The notes: a model not told the origin generated them from the sequence alone. A DNA stretch of 64,000 nt from an uncultured Gammaproteobacteria bacterium (GCA_964497535.1 CAZCCG010000002.1:104227-168226), one strand, 5' to 3'. Numbered from the stretch's first letter, positions 10,954 to 20,776 are shown. Made by a program: numbers and translations.

Positions 10954-11981
10954 AAGTTAATATATAAATCGGCTACCCGATCCCACGTCTGCTCCCTCGC
11001 CCATGCATACGCCTTGCTGGTAAGAAGCTTTATCCTTTCGGGCTTATTTAGCAGATATTTTATTTGAATGCTAATCTCTTGGGAGGAATTGCCTATGATG
11101 AGGAATTTTGAAAAGGGAGTTAGCCTCAAATAGTCAGCTTTGAGAGGATTGTCGTATACCGCAAAGACAAGTCTTTTCGCAATAAAGGCTTCAAGGATGG
11201 ATAAATAGGAAGAAGCAAAGATAAAATCATACTTAGGAATTTCTTTCTCAACCCCCTTGGTGAATCCTGTTACACTCCCTACTGTCTCGACTTCCTGCCG
11301 GAGTGACCCATCACCTATGGCTGTAAACTCTACTTTCTGGTCACCTTCCCGTAATTGCCTGATAACATCTGCATACAATTCTATACCAGTATCTTTTTCA
11401 AGCCTCCCCAGGAAAGCAATTTTTATGACCTCTGCGGAAGGTTTTTTGTACAGAGACAGTATCGGATGGACTCCTCCATAGGTAATATAATTTGCCTTTG
11501 TATAGTACCACTTCTCAATAAACTCCCCAATACAGATATTTCCTTTTGACAACAGTTCACTCAATTTACGAATGACTATCGCCCTTTTTGCTGGAGGATA
11601 GACTCCTTCATATCCATGAAAGGTAGTGAAAACCGGCTTGTCCCGATAGATAAAACGGAAGGGTAAATACCAGAAAAAAACATCATGACAATGAATGACA
11701 TCAGCATCTTTGAGAATACTTTGATGATGGGAAAGCCAGGACCAAATCCGAAACTTTTTATACCAGTCGTCTTTCCCCGCCGGAATATGATGAATTGTTA
11801 ATCTACTCAGGACTGTTGGAGACAGGGGTAATTTGACCTTTGGATAACCGCTCGATAACTCTTCCGTAATGATAGTAACTTTATATCCTTTTTGGATCAG
11901 ATGCTTGGTAACCTCAAGGACATGGGTTTCAACTCCCCCAATGTGGGGATAGAAGTATTTGGTCAAAAAAACAACGGTCAT
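10941..11981 (-). CDS. GT4 family glycosyltransferase
   Basis: FYPHIGGVETHV, TTFHG, FLGRLEKDTG, SILEA. Confidence 0.85.
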   Translation of the reverse strand: MTVVFLTKYFYPHIGGVETHVLEVTKHLIQKGYKVTIITEELSSGYPKVKLPLSPTVLSRLTIHHIPAGKDDWYKKFRIWSWLSHHQSILKDADVIHCHDVFFWYLPFRFIYRDKPVFTTFHGYEGVYPPAKRAIVIRKLSELLSKGNICIGEFIEKWYYTKANYITYGGVHPILSLYKKPSAEVIKIAFLGRLEKDTGIELYADVIRQLREGDQKVEFTAIGDGSLRQEVETVGSVTGFTKGVEKEIPKYDFIFASSYLSILEAFIAKRLVFAVYDNPLKADYLRLTPFSKFLIIGNSSQEISIQIKYLLNKPERIKLLTSKAYAWAREQTWDRVADLYINLWRE

Positions 11982-12703
11982 GGTTTCTGGACTACGATGA
12001 AGATTTGGGATTCTCCAAAGAGCTTAAGAGAAATATAGTCTAGAAAGCTCACGATATCAACTAGAGAAAACTTGATAAAACGGATCAATTTGCCGGCAAT
12101 TGGATTGAGAAATAAAAAGTTACGCAAAACCCCTTCTGTTTTTTCCGTAGCAATAACGGTAAATCCAGCATTTTTTGCAATATCCTTGAGTTCCTCTACT
12201 GTATACCGGCGCAAGTGTCCAACTCTTTTATCAAAACCTGATGCATACCCCAACTTGTACAAAGGCGCGTTTTTTGATGGGGTGGACAAAATGGCTATTC
12301 CTTTTTTATTCAGGAGGTTAAAAATCTTCTTCATCGCATGCTTATCATCAGGCAAATGCTCCAGGACTTCACTGCAAAGTACATAATCATAGTTCCCCCC
12401 CGGCACCTTATGGGGAAATTCCATGGCTTCAAACTTCACATTTTTCAGATCCATCAATTTCGCGCTTTCCCTGGCAGATTCAACAGCCCTTTGTGAAATA
12501 TCAATCCCCACCACTGTATTGCCTTTGCTGGCCAGGTAGAAATCGATAGTCCCCGCCCCACAACCAATATCCAACACATTCCCCTTTTTTATGAATTTAT
12601 CAATGTATTTAATTATTATTTGATAAGTTATGTTGTTACCTTTAATCATATGGGTTTGTTTTGATGTGGTTTGATGAAAAATTTCATATTCTCTTTTATT
12701 CAT
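11978..12703 (-). CDS. Class I SAM-dependent methyltransferase
   Basis: VLDIGCGAG, SEVLEHL, STP, GHLRRY; start at 12703 after TG-n-TAAAAT. Confidence 0.85.
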   Translation of the reverse strand: MNKREYEIFHQTTSKQTHMIKGNNITYQIIIKYIDKFIKKGNVLDIGCGAGTIDFYLASKGNTVVGIDISQRAVESARESAKLMDLKNVKFEAMEFPHKVPGGNYDYVLCSEVLEHLPDDKHAMKKIFNLLNKKGIAILSTPSKNAPLYKLGYASGFDKRVGHLRRYTVEELKDIAKNAGFTVIATEKTEGVLRNFLFLNPIAGKLIRFIKFSLVDIVSFLDYISLKLFGESQIFIVVQKP

Positions 12704-12771
12704 GAGCTTAATTTTAACATTCAACAACATACTTGACAAACAGTAACTTTTTTGATTATTCTGTTAATGTT

Positions 12772-15700
12772 GTGAGAAACTTCCTTGCCCAAAAGTTTCT
12801 TTTTTGGTTTATTCTAATAGCGGTATTACTCCTGCTATTTTCTTCTCGTTCTGTGTACGCAACTTCCAAAGTATTTAAGGATGATTTTGATGATGGCAAT
12901 GCTGATGGGTGGATTGTACCAAGGAATACATGTTTTTTTAATGGTTCTCCCTCACAATGGCAAGTTATTAATGGGAAGGTAGGGACAAAAATAAATGGTG
13001 GTGGGTGTATAACAGAACTAGTTCCTAATGATATTCTTTGGAATAATATTGGAGATAACTATTCGTTTGAATTTGACATGGACTTAGTTAGCGGAACGGA
13101 TCATAACTTTGGTTTTAGAAATACTGATCCAACTAAACTCTACTATGGAATCCATACATCTGCACCTAATTCTATGATATTACAACTGGTTGGTAATAGT
13201 AATATATACCAAAATACTGTTTATTTACCTGGAGAATTTTCTAATGGTCAAACTATACATTTTAAGATTGATGTGATAGGTGAACATATTAAGATATACA
13301 AGGGAATTCCTCCCCAACTAATATTAGATTATCCAGATGCCGGTGGATTAGCCCCAACTGGCAAAATAGTTTTACAAGCTTCTGCAGGAAGTGATCCTAG
13401 TTCTGAAACATATTTTGATAACATTGTTGTTACGAGTATTAATCCTGATCTTAATATTCCCTCTCTCAAACAAACGTCTGAACCATGGCAAGGACTTACT
13501 TATGATACTGCAAATATTTGGACTTCAGCCAATTCTACTATTAACCTATGGGGATGTGCCTTGACTTCAGTCACTATGGTTTTACAATATTACGGAATTA
13601 CAAAGCTAGTTGACGGAACAGTACTCAATCCAGGCACTCTTAATTCCTGGCTTAAGAGTCAAACTGATGGATATATAGGTAATGGTCTTTTGAACTGGCT
13701 AGCAATCTCAAGACTTAGCAAATTAGCAAAAGTACAAAATTCTTCCTTTTTATATGATGCACTTGAATTTCGAAGAATAAGTGGATCAGATTCGGCTCAA
13801 TTAACTTATGATATTAATAACTTAACTCCAGATATCTTAGAAGAACCCGGGCATTTTGTTGTTGCGAAAGGCATGAATGGAAATACTTTTAACATTAATG
13901 ATCCATATTATGACCGATTAACCCTCAATGAAGGTTATAATAATTCCTATTTATCGATTGAAAAATATATTCCTTCCCACACCAACCTCTCTTATATTTT
14001 ATTAGCTATTGACCCAAGTATGGATTTACTTATAATCGATCCACAAAATAATAAAACAGGGTCAGATGGAATAACAAACTATACACAAATTTCAAACTCC
14101 TCCTATTATTTACAAACTGGAATAACAGCACCTATCACCGGGATAACTTCTACTTCAAAAAAAATTCTTCTCCTTCCTACTCCTGTTGATGGAAATTATT
14201 CAATTGTTATTTATACAAACAATTCTTCTGTTCAAAACACCACTTTTAACCTCTATGAATACAATAAAAGTGGATATTTAAGTACGGCAACTTTTAGCGC
14301 AGCTCTGAAGCAAAATTTTCCTGCTCAGTATGAATTTATCTTCTCCCAAGATCTAGATCAACAATCAGCACCTATTGATAATACGAAACCAAAAATAATA
14401 AGTGCTAAAACTGCAGATACTGATAAAAACGGCAGGCTGGATGAAATAATAATAACATTTTCAAAGGATTTATTAGGATCCACGGTTACCAATTCTGACT
14501 TTTCTGTAACAACTTATACGCTAAAGCAAAACCAAGATGCTTCTGAAAATAACGGTGTTGTTACTTTGTATCTTGTTGAAAAAACAGAGAACGATACAGG
14601 ACAAACTCCGAAGATTTCATTAGCTAATCATGGAGTTGAAGATTTTAGTAATGGAAATTGGAATACTGAACAAACTATTACGACACAAGATTTTGCATCA
14701 CCGCTCGTTCCTATCATAAATATTGCTCAAGGTGATTATTATGCACCACAGCTGCTAACAATTTCCAGCTCAGATTTACCAAATATCCCTTCCCTTTACT
14801 ATACTTTTGATGGTTCAGATCCAGCTTCTTCCAGCAGTAGACTCCTCTATTCGACCCCTTTAACTATATCCGATGATCTGATTTTCAAAGCAGTTGCTAT
14901 AGATACAGGAGGAAATATTAGTGACACTCGCATTCAAACATATGGAATTGCTCCAGTTATTGATCCTGATTCTATTACCGTAACGGTAAGTGATACAGTC
15001 GCACTCGTATCTTGGACAACTAATAAAAACTCATATAGTAGAGTTATTTTTGGCAAACAACCAAAAAACATTCTTACATTTACTACGAGTGGTGGAACAT
15101 ATGGATATGAAAATACTACAATTGAAGATAATACTCGTGTACAAAATCATACTGTTACCCTTCCAAACCTTGAACCCGGATCAACATACTATTATCGAGT
15201 TATATCACGAGCAAGTCCTGAGCAAATTAGTACTGAAAGAAATTTTACTATTCCTGTAACTCCTATTGAATCTGTTATTTCATCAACTTCGCATTCTCCA
15301 GCCTCCCCCCAATTATCTAGCTCTATCTCTTCTTCAAATTTTTCCAAAAATATGGATTCATCTCAACCCTGTAATGATCAAAAACCTCAGAATTCTCCAG
15401 TACTTCTTTCTGCATTCCCAGGTATCAATACAGTAACACTTACTTGGACAGAATCTTCAACTCCGGTATCTTATTATTTAGTTTCTTATGGAATACATAG
15501 TGGGGAAACAATATATGGCAATCCCAATATTGGAGGTCGGGGAACAACGAGTTACGTGGTAGAAAATTTGTCAGGTGGAAAAAGATATTATTTTAAGATA
15601 CGTGCAGGAAATGGATGTATGCCCGGGGAGTATTCAAATGAAATTACCGCAACACCACTTGGTTTTGAATTGACAGGTATTGGAAGAGGATTTACAAAAG

Positions 15701-15921
15701 ATGTTCTAGGAACATCGACTAATGAAATTACAAAATTAAAACAACATCCAATCAGTTCTTTTATTATGAATACTAACACCCAATCGGCAAAATCAAATCT
15801 ACTAGTATTAAATAACCTTGAAACTACACTTAAAATTGTTTTTATCACTTTAGGATTAACCCTTGTAGGATGGGGTGGAATTAATATTTGGAGATTCTAC
15901 ATTGAAAAAGATCAAGTCTAA
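12772..15921 (+). CDS. Large secreted, membrane-anchored protein: beta-sandwich + C39-like peptidase + Ig-like/chitobiase-C + Fn3 domains
   Basis: Signal peptide; Q..WGCALTS..M (Cys), EPGHFVV (His), INDP (Asp); YYTFDGSDP; two Fn3 signatures (L.PG.TYYYRV, LSGGKRYYFKIRA); C-terminal TM. GTG 12772 chosen because the TTG at 12733 is part of a TTGACA -35. Confidence 0.7.
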   Translation: MRNFLAQKFLFWFILIAVLLLLFSSRSVYATSKVFKDDFDDGNADGWIVPRNTCFFNGSPSQWQVINGKVGTKINGGGCITELVPNDILWNNIGDNYSFEFDMDLVSGTDHNFGFRNTDPTKLYYGIHTSAPNSMILQLVGNSNIYQNTVYLPGEFSNGQTIHFKIDVIGEHIKIYKGIPPQLILDYPDAGGLAPTGKIVLQASAGSDPSSETYFDNIVVTSINPDLNIPSLKQTSEPWQGLTYDTANIWTSANSTINLWGCALTSVTMVLQYYGITKLVDGTVLNPGTLNSWLKSQTDGYIGNGLLNWLAISRLSKLAKVQNSSFLYDALEFRRISGSDSAQLTYDINNLTPDILEEPGHFVVAKGMNGNTFNINDPYYDRLTLNEGYNNSYLSIEKYIPSHTNLSYILLAIDPSMDLLIIDPQNNKTGSDGITNYTQISNSSYYLQTGITAPITGITSTSKKILLLPTPVDGNYSIVIYTNNSSVQNTTFNLYEYNKSGYLSTATFSAALKQNFPAQYEFIFSQDLDQQSAPIDNTKPKIISAKTADTDKNGRLDEIIITFSKDLLGSTVTNSDFSVTTYTLKQNQDASENNGVVTLYLVEKTENDTGQTPKISLANHGVEDFSNGNWNTEQTITTQDFASPLVPIINIAQGDYYAPQLLTISSSDLPNIPSLYYTFDGSDPASSSSRLLYSTPLTISDDLIFKAVAIDTGGNISDTRIQTYGIAPVIDPDSITVTVSDTVALVSWTTNKNSYSRVIFGKQPKNILTFTTSGGTYGYENTTIEDNTRVQNHTVTLPNLEPGSTYYYRVISRASPEQISTERNFTIPVTPIESVISSTSHSPASPQLSSSISSSNFSKNMDSSQPCNDQKPQNSPVLLSAFPGINTVTLTWTESSTPVSYYLVSYGIHSGETIYGNPNIGGRGTTSYVVENLSGGKRYYFKIRAGNGCMPGEYSNEITATPLGFELTGIGRGFTKDVLGTSTNEITKLKQHPISSFIMNTNTQSAKSNLLVLNNLETTLKIVFITLGLTLVGWGGINIWRFYIEKDQV

Positions 15922-15995
15922 TACTTTGTATTAAAAAAAGAGAATGAATAATGGTGTTTGTCTCAGGAATTAAGTAAGAAGTAGTTTAATTTTAG

Positions 15996-16032
15996 CTAGA
16001 CACACCCGGTGTGTTAGGTAGACACATAAGGA
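15996..16032. repeat. REP-like element copy 1 (CTAG-ACACACC-C-GGTGTGT hairpin + GTAGACACAT), inverted relative to copies 2-4
   Basis: Reverse complement nearly matches 19598-19634 and 28523-28558; lies directly upstream of the RAYT gene. Confidence 0.85.
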
Positions 16033-16040
16033 TTTTATTT

Positions 16041-16712
16041 ATGCCATACAGAAAAGAACCAATTATTGTTAATCAGATCTACCATGTATTTAATAGAAGT
16101 ATTGCCAAACAGCCAATTTTTATTAATACTAGGGATTTTAAACGAATTACGAAACTCATTGATTTTTATAGATACAAGAACCTTCCATTACGTTTTTCTC
16201 ACTTTCAACGTATATCCTATGAGGAAAAAGTGGAAATAAAGAATACATTTATGATTCAAGAAAACCTTTCTATCGATATTCTCTGTTATTGTATAATGCC
16301 AAATCATATCCATTTTTTACTACGAGTAGTCAAATCTCAAGGGATATCTAATTTTATGAGAAATTTACAAAATAGTTATTCAAAATATTTTAATACTAAA
16401 TATCATAGAACAGGTTCTTTATTTCAGGACATGTTTAAAGCCGTCTTAATTGAAACAAATGAACAGTTAATTCATGTTTCAAAATATATCCATTTAAATC
16501 CGGCTACAGCATATATGGTTGAAATCGATAAATTAGAAACTTATGAGTGGTCATCATTTAAAAGTTATCTTGTAAATGATATTAATTCTTTAATTGAAGA
16601 TAGAACAGTTATGAATTTTTTTAGAACAAAAGAAGATTATAAAAGCTTTGTATTAGACCAAGCAACCTACCAAAGAGATCTAGACAATATCAAACATTTA
16701 ATGTTAGAGTGA
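16041..16712 (+). mobile_element. REP-associated tyrosine transposase (RAYT, Y1 HUH / IS200-like)
   Basis: YHVFNRS, YCIMPNHIHFLL (HUH), GSLFQ, YIHLNP (catalytic Tyr), YEWSS; flanked by inverted REPs. Confidence 0.9.
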
Positions 16713-16714
16713 AT

Positions 16715-16770
16715 TCCTGATGTGTCTAGCCCTGCCTGCCGGCAGGCAGGTGGCACACAACGGGTGTGTG
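16715..16770. repeat. REP-like element copy 2, interrupted by the 20-bp palindrome CCTGCCTGCCGGCAGGCAGG
   Basis: tcctgatgtgtctagc [16731-16750 palindrome] tggcacacaacgggtgtgtg, compared with the uninterrupted copy at 19598. Confidence 0.85.
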
Positions 16771-16774
16771 GAAT

Positions 16775-18154
16775 TTAGAGGAAGTGGCGGAGGAAGTTGG
16801 CATAGCGTGGATGTCGTAATTTCTCAAAAATTTCTTCTTCTAGCTGCCCGATACGCTGCCGGTTGGTCCCAACCCGTTCTCCTACCTCTTTTCCTGTACG
16901 TTGTATACCATCCTCCAGACCGAGCCGTAATTTCAATACTTCCAAATCTCTTTTGGTCAGAAGACCTGATCCGGGTACATAATCCTCATTCGCTACACTG
17001 TGGTCGTCCAAATAGGTAAGTATTTCATCCAGTGAAACTGAGGATACTGCCTGCTCCTGAGGGAGAGGTTTTTTATCCTTAGCAAATTCCAGCAATGTAA
17101 CACCATTCACATCAAGTGGTATATCAGAAGACACAGTATAGATTTTCTCCGCTTCCTGGATTTGTCTGATTTGTTTCTCTCCAAAAGGAGCACCTTTTCT
17201 GCCAATTAACTCCTCATCAGGTACTTCTCTTCCTTCTTCAATGCTTACTCGAGTACGATATTCATTCCATCGTCTCATTTTAGCGTGCATATGGATTGCT
17301 ATACGAATGGTAGTTCCATGATTATCCCTAAATCGGCTTTGAGCTTGCCGAATCCACCAGGTGGCGTAGGTTGAAAATGCATACCCCTGCCACCGTTCAT
17401 ATAATTCCACTGATTTTATTACCCCCATTGCTCCAACCTGGGTTAACTCCTTATACATGTCGTCTGAAAGATGAAAACGGCCTGCATTTGACATAGCCAG
17501 ACGGACATTGCGCTCAATCAGTTCTTGTTCTCCTCGCTTCCCTGCTGCAATCAGATCAGACAACGCCTCCTCATCGATACTTCCCACACGGATATCGCGC
17601 GTCACAGCAATCCCATCATATATTGGCAGGGGGTCTTTGACAAATTGGCTTTTCTTTTTCTGCTCTGCGAGTTTTGCATCACGTTCCTCCTGTTTTTTCA
17701 CTAATATATACGGAGAAATAAGCTCGGAAAGGGGATATCCCTCTACGCAAACCCCAGCCAGTACGTTGTGTACCTCCTGCTGTGTATAGGGAACTTTTCC
17801 AAAATTGAGTCTATGTCCGGTCAGAATAGTTCTCCCCACAAGCCCAGCCTGCAGAGTCTGAGCAATTCTACCCCGTTCTATTTCCTCACATAGCGCTGAT
17901 TCTATTTCTTTATTCTCCAGCGGACGGATAACATCAGGATGCAACCCATAGACTCCCTGCTTTTCCATAACATATTCCAATTCCTCATGGGAAGCCCCCA
18001 GGTATCCATTTCTATCTCCTCCAATGATTGGAACTGCTTCCTCCAATAGTTCACTCTCCAAGTCATCTAATTGCTCGTAAACTTGATCATCTCCCACCAA
18101 CTCCAATTCAGCAGCATCTTCACGTGGATTTAGAAATTCATTTTCTTGTCTCAT
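16775..18154 (-). CDS. Divergent RpoD-like sigma-70 family factor (extra copy)
   Basis: Region 2 LIERNVRL...GYAFSTYATWWIRQA..., TIRI; region 4 LTKRDLEVLKLRLGLEDGIQRT..EVG....RQRI.QLE...KLRHP; TTGATA-17-TATCAT promoter just upstream. Confidence 0.85.
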   Translation of the reverse strand: MRQENEFLNPREDAAELELVGDDQVYEQLDDLESELLEEAVPIIGGDRNGYLGASHEELEYVMEKQGVYGLHPDVIRPLENKEIESALCEEIERGRIAQTLQAGLVGRTILTGHRLNFGKVPYTQQEVHNVLAGVCVEGYPLSELISPYILVKKQEERDAKLAEQKKKSQFVKDPLPIYDGIAVTRDIRVGSIDEEALSDLIAAGKRGEQELIERNVRLAMSNAGRFHLSDDMYKELTQVGAMGVIKSVELYERWQGYAFSTYATWWIRQAQSRFRDNHGTTIRIAIHMHAKMRRWNEYRTRVSIEEGREVPDEELIGRKGAPFGEKQIRQIQEAEKIYTVSSDIPLDVNGVTLLEFAKDKKPLPQEQAVSSVSLDEILTYLDDHSVANEDYVPGSGLLTKRDLEVLKLRLGLEDGIQRTGKEVGERVGTNRQRIGQLEEEIFEKLRHPRYANFLRHFL

Positions 18155-18215
18155 AAAAAATCATGATAACACTTGATTATTGTATTATCAAAATGGTGAT
18201 TAACAATGCTGAGGA

Positions 18216-19517
18216 TTAGACTTTGGTTACATTCATGTGCATGATATGGGGAGCTTCAATAAAATGACGGATCCTTTTGTCATGTATCTCACGGGATACT
18301 CTTTCAGCGTCAACTTCACAAGGGAATACTGTTTCTATCTGGGACCCATCTCCCATGAGGTCTACAATCGTAAAATGGACTTTATCATCTTCATCTATAA
18401 AAAAACTATACATGTCAGTACCAAATTGGTAAAACTTTCCGCTTTGCAAACCTTCAGATATATCGGAAGCTTTAAATGTTCTTAATTGTGTGTAAAATGG
18501 CGGTTCCGGCGTTAACCCTCCATTTTCATGGGATGTAGTAATACGAAACGCTGAATCTGGCGATTGCGGCATTACAATAAAGACAGTATAGTTACCAGCT
18601 TGTTGCATTCTCAGGATATTGGTATCGAGCAAATCCGCAATTGCGCGGGTTACACTTAAATTCTCCAACGAGGCTTGCTCACGGATAGTACAGGTACCCA
18701 AATCTTGCGGTAACATACCAATCGCATGTGAATGAATATAATCGATTAAAATATCCCTATCTTTTTGTTCCATCTCATCATCCACACCGCGTGTCACAAC
18801 ACGTTGTGCAATAGCATACAGGTTTTCAATAATCCTATTTTGGTCCTTAGGCGGAAGCGAGCCAAGTAAGCTGTTTTCATATGCTTCCAATTCGTCCTTT
18901 TCTTCTTCTGCAACTTCCTCATCATCTAATAGAGGATCTGCGTTATCCAGCAAAGCACGAACTCCATAATGGTCATAAAAATGGGCCAAATCCCTGACAT
19001 TTGCAGAAACTTTTCGTCTCAAAAGCACCTGTTGACGTTCATCTGAGGGTAAAGATAATAACTCTGAATCATCCGGTAATGGAGTATCTACATACACACC
19101 AAATTTCTCAAGTTCTCCAAATACCCCATAGACAGCCTGTACGTTCCGCAGTAACTGTCTATGAGGAAGCTTCATGGCAACTGACATCCGTCCCTCGTTA
19201 TCGTACTGTGCTACTTCAACCGGCGGAAGCCCTTCTCGATCATAGGGCGTAAAATAATAGGCAACTTCCTCAAGGCTTTCTAAATCTTCACCATATTGTT
19301 CAAAACGAGTACGGCTTTGTCCGGATTGGGTAAATTCTTCAAGATGCTCTACCGTACCTCTTCTCAAATCAACAATGCAGGTTTTGTCAACATAAGGACC
19401 TTTGTTCCTTAAAACAAATGCTTTTTCTCCTGTTGAGGGATCTACTACTTTCCATTCCCAATCAGAAGGTGTAGAGGGTATACCATTGGGGGGTTGATCT
19501 TCTGGTCCTCGTCCCAT
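18216..19517 (-). CDS. Acidic cytoplasmic hypothetical protein
   Basis: Long open frame; ATG 19517 follows TG-n-TAAAAT; the longer MLGRHIR N-terminus is REP sequence read in frame. Confidence 0.7.
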   Translation of the reverse strand: MGRGPEDQPPNGIPSTPSDWEWKVVDPSTGEKAFVLRNKGPYVDKTCIVDLRRGTVEHLEEFTQSGQSRTRFEQYGEDLESLEEVAYYFTPYDREGLPPVEVAQYDNEGRMSVAMKLPHRQLLRNVQAVYGVFGELEKFGVYVDTPLPDDSELLSLPSDERQQVLLRRKVSANVRDLAHFYDHYGVRALLDNADPLLDDEEVAEEEKDELEAYENSLLGSLPPKDQNRIIENLYAIAQRVVTRGVDDEMEQKDRDILIDYIHSHAIGMLPQDLGTCTIREQASLENLSVTRAIADLLDTNILRMQQAGNYTVFIVMPQSPDSAFRITTSHENGGLTPEPPFYTQLRTFKASDISEGLQSGKFYQFGTDMYSFFIDEDDKVHFTIVDLMGDGSQIETVFPCEVDAERVSREIHDKRIRHFIEAPHIMHMNVTKV

Positions 19518-19597
19518 AAAAATGAATTTTAACACTTTGGTTGAGAAAGGAAAAGCTCCAATAAATTGTGCTATGTAAAGAGAATTTTCAGCAACGC

Positions 19598-19634
19598 TCC
19601 TGATGTGTCTACCTAGCACACACCGGGTGTGTGC
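19598..19634. repeat. REP-like element copy 3
   Basis: tcctgatgtgtctacctagcacacaccgggtgtgtgc with a perfect GCACACACC/GGTGTGTGC stem. Confidence 0.9.
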
Positions 19635-19642
19635 AGGTAAAT

Positions 19643-19678
19643 AAAAAGGGGTGCCGCCGACGAATCAGCTGACACCCC
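19643..19678 (-). terminator. Intrinsic terminator of cassette 19697-20113
   Basis: GGGGTGTC...GGCACCCC stem followed by TTTTT on the minus strand. Confidence 0.8.
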
Positions 19679-19696
19679 ACGTGTGTATTGATCAAG

Positions 19697-20113
19697 TTAC
19701 TCTTGACCAGGAAATATATGCAAAGCGTAACCATGCATCGCCTTTACTCGATCACGGGCATGCTCTAACTGCTCTGCATCCGGCTCCGGGAATACCGTCC
19801 GATAACGACCGTATCGCCAGGTAACCCCATGAGAGTCCACGACTATGAACTCATGTGGCTTACCCAGATAACTGGTGTAGCGCCTGGCTGCTCCTAGTAT
19901 AAGGTTAAGCGCTTGCACGAAAGCCAACGCCAAGGCAGGATTCTGGCAGATTTCCTGCTTCTGAGCAAAGTAACGATCGTCAGGAAAATAGGACAAGAGC
20001 TCAAGCGCCCGATCCTGCTCAACCGGAGCATCCGACTCGTGTGCGATAACGCAGATAAGCTCCAATGGTATTTCATTTACCATCTGGAAAACTGCCGCGG
20101 TATCCAACGCCAT
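19697..20113 (-). CDS. Hypothetical protein, paralog of 20249-20659
   Basis: SD GGAAGGAG before ATG 20113; shares NE(I/M)PLEL.C.IAH..D, FPD..Y...K..I.Q.P, Y.G..HE and W.YG....FP..D with its neighbour. Confidence 0.8.
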   Translation of the reverse strand: MALDTAAVFQMVNEIPLELICVIAHESDAPVEQDRALELLSYFPDDRYFAQKQEICQNPALALAFVQALNLILGAARRYTSYLGKPHEFIVVDSHGVTWRYGRYRTVFPEPDAEQLEHARDRVKAMHGYALHIFPGQE

Positions 20114-20175
20114 GGGAACTCCTTCCAATCGCGACTGTGGACTCAATGGTCCAATCCCTCCGTACAACCGCTGAG

Positions 20176-20204
20176 ATTATATAGTGAAGAGTTAAAGAAG
20201 TCAA
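20176..20204 (-). promoter_or_regulatory. Sigma-70 promoter TTGACT-17-TATAAT
   Basis: Exact 17-nt spacing; part of a 46-bp unit repeated at 20694-20739. Confidence 0.85.
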
Positions 20205-20238
20205 AATAAAAGGGTGCCATCGAAGAACGATAACACCC
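20205..20238 (-). terminator. Intrinsic terminator of cassette 20249-20659
   Basis: GGGTGTTATCG/CGATGGCACCC stem with a T-tract running into the -35 of the next promoter. Confidence 0.8.
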
Positions 20239-20248
20239 GTATAGTATA

Positions 20249-20659
20249 TTAGCGGAGCCCAGCACCGGCACTGGAAATGATAGCTTTTATGCGTCGTTGC
20301 ATACGAGCTGTATTCTTCTCATCCAACGCAGGAAAGACTGAAACACGTCCTCCATACTTCCAGATTTGGTCACCAACTTGTAGGGTGATCTCATGGGCAT
20401 CCCCGATATAGTTGATGTTTTGCCGTGCATGGTCAAGCCGCCGCATCATCGCGTCGGCGAAAAACTGCATCCCTGACGGGTCTTGAAGAATTGTCTCCTT
20501 CATAGCACTGTAGTGCTCATCCGGAAATAGATCCAAGAGCAACAATGTCTGTGTCGGTGTAATCTCCGTATCTGCCTGGTGGGCTATGATACACACCAAT
20601 TCCAGCGGCATCTCGTTGGCCAGATCATAAGCAGTGCGCAAAATGTGCGGTACCGGCAT
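20249..20659 (-). CDS. Hypothetical protein, paralog of 19697-20113
   Basis: SD AAAGGAG before ATG 20659; motif-level similarity to its neighbour. Confidence 0.8.
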   Translation of the reverse strand: MPVPHILRTAYDLANEMPLELVCIIAHQADTEITPTQTLLLLDLFPDEHYSAMKETILQDPSGMQFFADAMMRRLDHARQNINYIGDAHEITLQVGDQIWKYGGRVSVFPALDEKNTARMQRRIKAIISSAGAGLR

Positions 20660-20696
20660 GACTCTGCTCCTTTCCCAACTATGCAATACCGTGGAG

Positions 20697-20725
20697 ATTA
20701 TATAGTGAAGATCTTATGAAGTCAA
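20697..20725 (-). promoter_or_regulatory. Sigma-70 promoter TTGACT-17-TATAAT
   Basis: Exact spacing; 40/46 nt identical to the unit at 20173-20218. Confidence 0.85.
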
Positions 20726-20761
20726 AAAAAGAGGGTGCCCCGAGTCAGACTCGGAACACCC
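20724..20761 (-). terminator. Intrinsic terminator
   Basis: GGGTGTTCCGAGTC-T-GACTCGGGGCACCC followed by T7. Confidence 0.85.
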
Positions 20762-20776
20762 CATGGATAACGATGA

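Noticed and set aside
16041-16712. IS200/IS605 element with TnpB or a guide RNA
   Set aside because: No tnpB/iscB; protein length and motifs fit RAYT
16720-17019. 99-aa + strand ORF (MCLALPAGRQV...)
   Set aside because: Starts inside repeat sequence and is antisense to the sigma gene
16011-19619. Shared N-terminal peptide MLGRHIR in two ORFs
   Set aside because: It is the REP read in frame; better starts are 16041 and 19517
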